Source: Candidatus Obscuribacteraceae bacterium (lineage in GTDB: Bacteria > Cyanobacteriota > Vampirovibrionia > Obscuribacterales > Obscuribacteraceae). From it: 64,000 nucleotides of DNA. A program made the position numbers and the translations under genes. Below are positions 20,189 to 29,800 of the stretch, one piece after another (within the stretch, counting starts at the first letter, position 1; each line of letters opens with the position of its first letter). The stretch spans positions 288,001 to 352,000 of the forward strand of contig JBGAHS010000002.1 of assembly GCA_044226015.1 (NCBI GenBank). Direction: 5' to 3'. The notes beneath the pieces were generated by a model, which worked only from the letters and a program-made list of their open reading frames with translations, was not told the origin of the DNA and made no database searches.

Positions 20189-20337
20189 GCATGCTATTCA
20201 TTCTTGCAGCAGTTTTAGCATTTGTATGTGTCTTTTGCTTACTATTCACACGAAAGAATTTCCGAATTCAGTTCGAAGAACCTAAGTACCAGATGCTAAA
20301 GACTGAGCAGCGCTACGACTCCCAAGTCAAAAGGTAG
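20185..20337 (+). CDS. 50-aa single-TM peptide, candidate CcoS/CcoQ-like oxidase accessory subunit (not in ORF track)
   Basis: ATGA overlap with the oxidase stop; MSMLFILAAVLAFVCVFCLLFTRKNFRIQFEEPKYQMLKTEQRYDSQVKR. Confidence 0.7.
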   Translation: MSMLFILAAVLAFVCVFCLLFTRKNFRIQFEEPKYQMLKTEQRYDSQVKR

Positions 20338-20454
20338 TCGAATAAATCTATAGCTGGCGTTACTCGCCAAGCAACCAGACTATCGTCATTGAGAATTTAT
20401 CTCATGGCTCGCGCTGGTGGGTACAAAGGTATGTGTAAAAGAGGATCCACGAGA

Positions 20455-21111
20455 ATGAACACAATAGTCAAAGTCAGGCTTCTCTCAGTCCTGGCAATTT
20501 TTTCGCTGAACACTGCAGTGCTAGCGCAAGAAGAAGGCAAAATACCAAGCGCTCCAGGCGATATGCCTCCAGACGTACAGGAATTTTCCAGCACGACAAG
20601 AACAGAAAGCTCGAGTTCTTCAAACAGCGTAAGTTCAAGCTCGAGTTCAACATCTAGTTCAAGTTCTTCAAACACAAATTCAAGCAACTCAAACACAACA
20701 AGCGAAACTATAAACCCTGATATTCGCCCTCAAAGCAAGAGTTCTTCAAGCACCAGCTTCAGTGTCACCAGAAAATTCGTTCCGAAATTCAAAGAACGCC
20801 TAAATGACCTGGCAGAACAGGTAAAGATGGCACTAAGCAAAGGCTGGATAAATGCCGATGAGTCCGCAAAGTTTATGGAACGTCAGACAAAATTACTCGC
20901 AGAAGAAGCGGAAGCCAACAAGCAGGGATACCCTAAAGCTGCAGTCGACAACCTCGAAAAGGAAGTGACCTTACTCAATGGCGACCTTTTTAAGGCGATG
21001 CATAAAACAGACCCGGTCAAGCCTGGTCCTGCGGACAAGGAAGTAAACGATCCCAACCTGATACCTGCATATCCTGACCCTGAGCTACAACCAAATAGTG
21101 GCACAAAGTGA
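20455..21111 (+). CDS. Exported hypothetical protein with Ser-rich linker and helical domain
   Basis: Signal peptide ending AVLA-Q; poly-Ser tract; GAGGA upstream of ATG 20455. Confidence 0.75.
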   Translation: MNTIVKVRLLSVLAIFSLNTAVLAQEEGKIPSAPGDMPPDVQEFSSTTRTESSSSSNSVSSSSSSTSSSSSSNTNSSNSNTTSETINPDIRPQSKSSSSTSFSVTRKFVPKFKERLNDLAEQVKMALSKGWINADESAKFMERQTKLLAEEAEANKQGYPKAAVDNLEKEVTLLNGDLFKAMHKTDPVKPGPADKEVNDPNLIPAYPDPELQPNSGTK

Positions 21112-21174
21112 GTTGGCTGTTTATCTAAGAAAAGACTTTGAACAGTAGATGCACAACAGTAAATGCACAAAGTA

Positions 21175-22164
21175 CTATTCGGCTATTGCAATTCCTGCGC
21201 TGGCTAGCTTACGCTTTATTTCGGGAAGAGCTGCTTTCGCTGCTGCGACACCAGCCTCGATACCATGCTTACCATCGCCTTTTTTAAAAGAAACGAGGCT
21301 GATTCCCGTAGTATCTGGATGAATCACAATATCTGCTTTAGCAGAGCTCGGCTCATCGAATGCCGCAAGTTGAATTCTCAGGGCTTGTTTTCCCATAGAA
21401 CCAAGTGCGCGGAAATCGCTTATCGGGCGGTCCTTTAATTGCTCATCTATATTTACGGCAATTACAAAGTCTGCTCCCATTTCTCGAGCATGATTTACTG
21501 GTACGTTGTTGATTACGCCACCATCGCAATAAAGTTTTTCGCCGATTTGTACAGGTTTTCGCAGCTCGGGAACAGCGGTGCTGGCGCTCATTGCCTCCCC
21601 AAGATCACCTTCCGTCAACCGGCAACTCTTTCCAGTTACCACATCAGTAACGACCGCCGCATAAGGAATGTTCAACTGCTCGATTCGTTTTTTGCCAATC
21701 GTTTTGTGCACATAATCTCGGAATTTACCTTCAAAATAAAGTCCATCATAAGGCTTGTAGCCGAGCATTCTCATAGCCATTCTGGGCGGCAACATTGTCA
21801 TCTGCAAAATGGGGCGGGATGCAAATTCTTTTGTGAAGGTATTTTTCTCAAAGACACTAGCAAGATCTTCAATAGACATGCCAGATGCATAGAAGCCGCC
21901 AACGACAGAGCCAATGCTGGTGCCCGCAATGATGTCGATAGGAATATGTTCTTCTTTTAAGACTTTCAAAACTCCGACGTGCGACGAGCCACGAGAGCCG
22001 CCACCGCCAAGAGCAAGGCCCACTCTGGGTCTGCCTGAAGCTGTGCTGGCAGCCTTAGCAGGGTTCTCAGAAGCGCCAATTCCTTGTGCATCAGCTGGCA
22101 ACGCCATCGTGCCAATACTTGCCAGAATAGCAAATGACAAAATTAGTAGAGCAGTTTTGCGCAT
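21175..22164 (-). CDS. Exported patatin-like phospholipase
   Basis: GGGGSRG, GTSIG and DGG motifs; signal peptide from MRKTALL; GAGGTG RBS. Confidence 0.9.
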   Translation of the reverse strand: MRKTALLILSFAILASIGTMALPADAQGIGASENPAKAASTASGRPRVGLALGGGGSRGSSHVGVLKVLKEEHIPIDIIAGTSIGSVVGGFYASGMSIEDLASVFEKNTFTKEFASRPILQMTMLPPRMAMRMLGYKPYDGLYFEGKFRDYVHKTIGKKRIEQLNIPYAAVVTDVVTGKSCRLTEGDLGEAMSASTAVPELRKPVQIGEKLYCDGGVINNVPVNHAREMGADFVIAVNIDEQLKDRPISDFRALGSMGKQALRIQLAAFDEPSSAKADIVIHPDTTGISLVSFKKGDGKHGIEAGVAAAKAALPEIKRKLASAGIAIAE

Positions 22165-22373
22165 GAAACACCTCTTGGTTCCATTGAAGAATAGCGTATG
22201 AAAGCTTAGCTTGGATCTGCCATCTCCGATGTAAAGCGCCCCAAGTCGTTCACGTTTTCCCGATTTGCCGCATACGATGAGCATCAACGGAAGATCGCCT
22301 AACTGGTAAATCCTGTTAAAGGAAATGTGACTGTAGCAAGTAAATGACTCATGATTTGCTGTTTAATTGGTAA

Positions 22374-23729
22374 GTGTTTTGCGGGAAAAGGCACACAAGC
22401 AAGTATGCGAGAATTGACTTGCGTCTTTGGGTAAAGTTAAAAGACACCGTAAATGAAAGGAAGTTTGTTTTGCTGAGTCAATTTCGAAATGCACATCTCC
22501 CCTTCGTTTTATTTTTCCTTTCAAGCGCCTTAGCTCTCAGTTGCTCCAGCAGTTTTGCTGATGATGGAAATCCAGATGCGGCAAGTTCTGACAGCGCGAA
22601 TGCGGCAAATGCAGAAGACAACAGCTACAGCACAGATGACTCAAAGAGTCCTGACAATAAAAAAGGGTCTGCCGGTACAGACAAGAACGAACGTCGTTTT
22701 TCGAAGGATCTGTCTCAGTTCGAAATGAGATTTTTCGAAAAAAAATATCAAGACGAGAACGACAGCCAAAGGCTAGATCGCATTGAGCGATTAGTTTACG
22801 GTAAAAGACAACAAGGCGACAGTTTGTCTCGAATAGAGAGGCTTCTTCAAGATGTTCCACATCTTGGCGATGGGCTGCCTAAATCTGACCCGGCGGTCGC
22901 TGCGGTTGACAAAAGCGCAGCGGACAAGACTCAGGAAGCAGCAAAAAAGAAAACGGATGAAAGTCCCAGTACCTCTACCAATGGCAGCCAAACAACAGCC
23001 GTTTCTCCGCAATCCGACACTACTATTCCTGTAGCAGAAGAACCACCTGTCACGACGTTTTCCAATCCGTATCAATCTCGCTCATTGGTCAGCGAAGTCG
23101 CAAATCTCGAGCAGCAGGTCTACGGAAAGCAATATGCAGGAGACACGTTAATCGATAGAGTTCGTCGACTGGAAAAGACGATTTACCCCGGACAGACACC
23201 ACAATCGTTCATGCCTATCACTACCAGAATTAACCGACTCATGATGGCGTTACAACCGAAATTCTCCGCGCCGACTTCCGTTTACACAACGCCATCATCT
23301 AACGAAACCGTCAATTCGGGATACCCAGCAACCGCACCAAACTATTACTCAACATGCCAACTGCCAGCAAAGACAAACTACTACCCCGACCAATCTTATA
23401 GTGCAAACTCTAATTACGATTATTCAGGCGGAAAAAATCCATACGGCAACTCAACTTATGATGCAGGACAGTTCAGCAATGCCACCGCCACTAATACCAG
23501 CAAAGAAGAACAAAAGCCCAAAACAAAAGGGCATCCATTTTTGCACAAGCTTGGACATTTCCTGGGAGAGGTAGGTGAGGCAGCAGCGGTGACTGCAGGG
23601 TCGATCGCGGCAGGTAGTATGATGGGCTATGGCTATGGTGGCTACGGCTATGGCTACCCGGGCTTCGGCTACGGCTATGGAATGCCTTACGGCGGTTTTG
23701 GCGGGCGCCCTTTTATGGGCTACTGGTAA
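22374..23729 (+). CDS. Exported hypothetical protein with duplicated helical module and Gly/Tyr-rich tail
   Basis: Signal-like segment ending SSFA; repeated RLDRIERLVYG / RVRRLEKTIY modules; GYGY tail. Start uncertain, probably near 22470. Confidence 0.7.
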   Translation: MFCGKRHTSKYARIDLRLWVKLKDTVNERKFVLLSQFRNAHLPFVLFFLSSALALSCSSSFADDGNPDAASSDSANAANAEDNSYSTDDSKSPDNKKGSAGTDKNERRFSKDLSQFEMRFFEKKYQDENDSQRLDRIERLVYGKRQQGDSLSRIERLLQDVPHLGDGLPKSDPAVAAVDKSAADKTQEAAKKKTDESPSTSTNGSQTTAVSPQSDTTIPVAEEPPVTTFSNPYQSRSLVSEVANLEQQVYGKQYAGDTLIDRVRRLEKTIYPGQTPQSFMPITTRINRLMMALQPKFSAPTSVYTTPSSNETVNSGYPATAPNYYSTCQLPAKTNYYPDQSYSANSNYDYSGGKNPYGNSTYDAGQFSNATATNTSKEEQKPKTKGHPFLHKLGHFLGEVGEAAAVTAGSIAAGSMMGYGYGGYGYGYPGFGYGYGMPYGGFGGRPFMGYW

Positions 23730-23836
23730 TAGTGAATTTTTGTCAGATTATGCAGCCCCAGTTCAGTTGTTGATTCCCCTTGACCCATTTACAGGGTACA
23801 TGCTAGGTATGGATCACACCGACCAGGAATCCCACA

Positions 23837-26800
23837 CTGCGTTCATCTTCATACTACTCTCTGGCCGCGCTCTCAGCCTTAGTTTTGCTGATCTTACCGA
23901 CAGCAAAAGCCAGGGCGCAAAGCGCTGCAAATTACAATCTCGGCTCAGCGGCACGAACCAGAGCAGCAGGGCTCAGCCAGGGACAGAGCGTCAACATCAC
24001 GCGCGCTGGACAGTCGGTAACTATTAGGGCTGGAAGCCTATTGACACCAGCAGAGAAGGTGGCTTTAACTCAGGTTTTGTCGTCTGGACAACAATCTCTT
24101 ATATTGAATGCACGAGGTATGGCGATTGGTGGACAGTTCAGTTCTACCGACCTTTCTTCGAATATAGGCAACCTCGGTGTGCCGCAGGGAGTGACAGGCT
24201 ATCTCAACTTCAGCCAGCAAAATTCATTGAGTTTGAGCGGAAATTTGCTCAACAATGGCAGCCTGTATGCGTTTTCCAGTAACCCAGGCAATGCGACTGG
24301 AAGCATCAGCGCTAATAACATAGTCAATTATGCCAACGCTTTGATTTCATCAAATTTGAACAGCGCATTTGCAAGCAGCACAGGTGCCTTGCCAAATTTC
24401 AATTTGATTTTACACGCGGTCAACAACATTACCAATCACGGCGTGATTTCCAGCTCAGGCTCTTTAACTTTGTCGGCTGGCAGTTCGTTAATCAACACCC
24501 CGCAAACACTCACTCAAACAACCCAAACTCTAATTCAAGCTCAAAACAACCTGAACATAATCACAAGCTCAATAATCAATTCGGGAAATTTGACCTCGCT
24601 TGCGTCAAACATTAACGTAAGCTCGTCTCTCCAAAAACTCGACTTCAATAATAATTCCGGAGTAGTGAGTGCGATTCTCGGAGACATTAACGTAAGCAAT
24701 CTTTCCAGCTCTGCCTTAGCATCGTTGAATCTTCAGGGTGGGAATTTTTACTCTCAATCACTCAATCTCTCAGCTGCTAGCGGTGCGGTAGAGGCAAATC
24801 TGGGTGAAGTGAGCGGTTGGATCAACGTAAACGCATGCAAGGCGAACGTTGGCGCCGCGACAGACAATCTGAAACTGGGAAACCTGAACATAACCGGTGA
24901 CCCTACGTTTTTTAATTCAGCAGGAACCCTTACCTTATCAAACCTCAGTAATACCTCAGGAAACGCTCTGGCATTGATAGCAAGCCATGACGTCATCGTC
25001 AGTGCCGGTACAATCGACACAACAAATCCACTCGGCGGAAATGGTGGCAACCTCACCATCATTGCTGGTGCCAACATCACTGGCGGAAGCAGTGGTTCAA
25101 ATGACACGACAACAACCCTTACTATCACTGGTCCCTCAGCAACGGGTGGGGCCATTGACACATCAGGTGTGAGTTCCATTAATACCAGCGGAACTTTGAC
25201 AACAACCAACCACGGCGGAAACGGTGGCAATGTTTTTATTGCTGCTTTCAGTGGTACTAAATCAGGAACCCTTGAACCTGGCACAGTCAACCTGGGAAGC
25301 AGCGGCTACATCAATACCGCTGGTGGTGGCAGTGATTTCACAAGCAGCGGACGAGTCACCATCATGGCTGGAGCAACAGCCGACCCCGCATCTGGAGCAG
25401 CAATTGTCCTTCCAGCCATTTATACAGCGACAGACCCTGTTTACTCTCAATCAAGTTCATCAGGCGGCAACGTCACGATATCGACAGCAACGCCTGTTGT
25501 TTCAGGTACTGTCACCATATTAAATGGAGCCATGGGCGGTACAGGAAGTATCACAGCAGGAACAACACAAAACACAAGCGTTTCCATTGCATCAAGAGGT
25601 GGCGGCGCAAGCATCGAGGTTCAGCCGACTCTGGCACAATGGCAGATAGACATAATCACGCAGGCGCTCAACATTGTTAACGCCCAAAGATTAGCGGAAG
25701 ACCCGTCACTGCCAGCACTTCAATATAGCGCTGGGCTCAGCGCCGTGGCCAGCCAGCAGGCTTCCTATTTAGCACAAACTGGACACCTTGGTCATTTCAG
25801 CACACTAGGGGAAACGCCAACAAACAGAGCTACAGTTATAGGCTTATCCACTTCCGGATGCTGCGCGGAGAATGCAGGGTTCGCTTCTGGTTACACAATT
25901 TTGGACGGATTCAATGTCGTCAACGACATGATGTTCGCAGAACCCAATACCAGTGGCACCCACCACTTCAACTTAGTGGGAACAAGCGCCAGCCACAATA
26001 ATTACGCTGGTTTCGGATTTGCAACTAATGGCTCGTCGATGTACTTCGTAACTGATTTTTCCAGAAACGACCCAGGAGCTGGCAAGACCAACATCAACAG
26101 CACTCCAATCTTGGGTGGGCTCGGTGGTGCACCAGGCAACACACCAGTACCACCCGTAGTATCAGGCAGCAACAACACTGTTCGTGCAATAGGTGCTAAT
26201 AATTATTTGCCCACCAGCATCATAAGCAACGGAAACGTTTCAATTACAGCCGGAAAAGATCTTACTGCAACAGGCTCTATAATAACGAACGGGCAAAACG
26301 GTATTCAATCTAGCTCAGGTAGCCCAAGAAATGCTACGAACGCGGGAAACATCAGCATAACAGCTGGAAATAATGTAAGCCTGTTCAATCTACAAGCAGG
26401 CGGGGGAATTGGAGCGACTTCTAACTCAGCAAATAAAGGCGCAGGTGGTGCTGGTGGCAGCATCAACGTTAGCTCTAGCAACGGAAGCATAAGCATTCTG
26501 CCTCTCAATACCGCATGTTCACCTTGCATAGCCGTCGCCGCACAAGGTGGTGCTGGCGGAGCCGCGATGGCTAGTGGACTCAGCGGAGGCAAGGGCGGCG
26601 ATGGCGGCACAGTCACGCTGACAGCTAACAATGGAAATATAAATCTAACAGCAATCGAAGTTGGCGGTGGCGGTGGCGCAGGCGGAGCAGGTGGTAGCAC
26701 AGGTGGTGCCGGTGGTGCTGGTGGCAAGGGTGGCAACATCACACTTTCTGCAAGCACAATCACAATACAAGACTACATTTCAGCCTCTGGCGGTGGTGGC

Positions 26801-29800
26801 GGCGGCGCAGGAGCCAGCGGCTCAGTGGCAGGCGGTGGTGGCGGCGGTGGAGCTTACGGCATGCCGGGCTTCGGTGGCACGTCAAATTCCACATCAGCCG
26901 GAGGCGGTGGCGCAGGCGGAGGACTGGTAGGTGCTTTCGGTGGACCGCGCACATCATCGATGATAGCCGAATTACGAAATGGCAATGGTGCTTCAGGCGG
27001 TGTTTCGGCACCTGGTGGCAGTGTCGGCATCATCGGAGGAGGTGGTGGCGGCGGCACCGGGTCATCAGGCACTGGCGGCAATGGTGGCGACATGGGCGCA
27101 GCGGGCTCTGGTTCTGGCGCGATAGCCGGAGGCGCTGCTGGAGCAGGTGGCAGCATCTCGATCACCGCAAAAACAGCAGTTGTTCAGTCGACAGTTTCAG
27201 GATTTTTTGGCAGCCTTTCTGCCACCAATGGAACGTCCTCAGTTCTATCAGCTGGAACGAACGGGACAGTGACAATAAGCACCAATGAAGGTTCAGTGAG
27301 CGCGGCGTCAACCTACAGCTCGCTCGCGGATTACAGCAGCGGCACTCGCACTGAAAGCCTTCTCGTTTCTGCTGGCTTCGAAGTGGGCTCGACAAAGGGC
27401 GGCAATGGTTCTTCTGGGGGCATATTAGCTGGTTCACAAGCTAATTCAATCACTATAAATGGAACTGGAAATTCAGGCTCTCTCAGCTCGGGAATTTTCT
27501 TCTCCAACGGAACAGCCTCGGTCACCATCATTGAGAACTCCCTCCCCGTAGTCTTTTCTGGTACTGCAAAGGTAACACCAGCTGAACTCATAGCCATCAA
27601 TCAAGTTTTACTCGGTGGCGGTCAAACCATAGTTTTAGATGCAAATGGAGCCGCTGTCGGCGGCAGTTTATCCATAAACTCCGGCAACATACCTGCGGGT
27701 GGGTTCACTAAACTTGTTTTACCACCAAGCGTCACGCTTACAGACAACGTTGCTGAACTCAGCTTTTCGGATAGTGTCACCATCAATGGAAGCTTCCTTT
27801 ACGCAGGCAGCAATGGCACCGCTACGATCACAACCCCGTTGTTCATTAACAATGGCAGCGTCTCACCTACAGGCGGCGCAACAAACCTGCTCATACAGAG
27901 CACTGCCGGAAGCAATCTAGAAATCGGTGGCAACGGCACCACTAGCGCACCGGGATCTCTGTCATTCACTGCCAGTGGTGGCGCACTGAACATCACAGGA
28001 AATGTCCACGTAAACAGCCCCAGCGTGACGATAAATGCAGGAGATGCAGTTGGCATCGCTCCTTCAGCCTCCTTTACGCTTAACACTGGAAACGTACTAA
28101 GCGTAAACACAGGCCTTATATTCAACTCTGCTGGATTTCTTGGAGGAACGCAGAACTTCAACCTGGCGCCAGCCGGCTCAGCAATTGGAACGATTGCAAA
28201 CTCAAATGGCGATGTTATTCTTGCTGCCAACCAGTTCATAAATAGCGCTGGAAAGAGCGTACTGATCATCGCTTCTGGAAACATCATTGGAAGCAAGCTC
28301 AGCTCAATAAATCTCTCGAATACCAAGGGAAAAGGCGGTAGTCTAATCGCCCTGGCAGGTTTTTCTTTCACTCCAGCGACGATCGGTCAAATCACAGATT
28401 TGAACCAACTATTTACTGTGTCTTCTGTTTCAGCAACTGGTGGTAGCATCAATCTTGCCAAAACCAGCATCAATACATCCAGTACTTTCAAATCAGCAAC
28501 GAACAGCGATGCCGGAAGTATCACCTTGCTAGGCAACGCAGTGGCGGGAGGCAACTCTGGTGTAGTCGTAACTGGTGCAATTAATGCTAGCTCAGTGTCA
28601 GGCAAAGGTGGAACGTTCAGGGTATTCGCCCCTGGTGGAGCGACCATAAACGGCGCTATTAACACAAAAGGAGCCAGCGGTGGCGGTGCGGTTTTATTGT
28701 CCGCCGCGCCATATACAAATGGATCTATTCAGGTACTTGGCGGATTCCTTTCGCCATCTGCTAACTTGCAGGCAGCCAGTCCAGCAGATGGAGCCGCTGC
28801 ATCTATCCTCATAAACGGCACTGTTAGCAGTTCTTCAAGCAACGGCGCCGGCGGCGCAGTAACACTCTCGGCTGACTCATTCATTCAGGTCAACGGAGCT
28901 ATCGACAGCAGCGCTCGCACCAGCGGCGGTGCGATAACAATCAACTCATTAAATGGCACAGTCAGCTTAGCTAATCTGAACTCGAGTGGACTGGCTGGCA
29001 GCAGCACCCTAACGACTGGTTCTGCAGGCAACATAAGTGTCAGTGCCTCATCGTTCATTTCAATCAAAGGCAATCTAAGCGCGAGCGGTGGCAGTACAAG
29101 TATTGCAAGACAGAATGCAGGTTCTGGCGCAAACATTAGTCTACAGACTTCCAACCGAGACTCATTGAGTGGATTCTACGTCGGCAACATTTCGGTAAGC
29201 GGCTATCTAAGCAGTGCCGGAGGAAACGCACTAGCTAAAACTTCGGGAGGAAAAGGCGGCAACGCAGGCGCCATAGACCTGAAGGCTGGCTATCTACAAG
29301 TCAAAGGAAAGAGCGGCGCTAACAGCATCATTGCGAGTGCAGGTAGCGGCTTTGCAGGAAAAGGAAGCTCCGGTTCCGTCAGTTTGAGCACCTATGCAAC
29401 TCAAGCGATTCCCACAAACTTTGACCTCTTGAGCAAAGTCGCCAGCGAATATGCGTTGCCTGGAGGAGTCTTTAATGTGGGCGCCGGAAGCGCTGTCGTC
29501 AACGGAACAGCAGGTTCAATTGTCAGCGGTACTGATACATTCAGCATAAGCAATGCAGCAGCGTTAAGCAAAAGCAGCAACGTACAGGGCAGACTTTCGG
29601 TCACCATTGGCGGTGGCGCACAACAATTAGACTATGAAGGACAACAGGTCAGCACCGCTTCGCTCACAGGCAACATAAGAACCAAGGTCACACCAGCTGC
29701 GGCGCTTGCGCTCTATCAGCTAGCTCTGGGACAGACGCAAACAATCGGACTCAACAGTGATGGCTCACTGTCTCCACAGAACCCGCAATCCAAGATTTCG

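Noticed and set aside
26305..27165. Pro-rich minus-strand ORFs
   Set aside because: Antisense shadows of the poly-Gly region of the giant protein.
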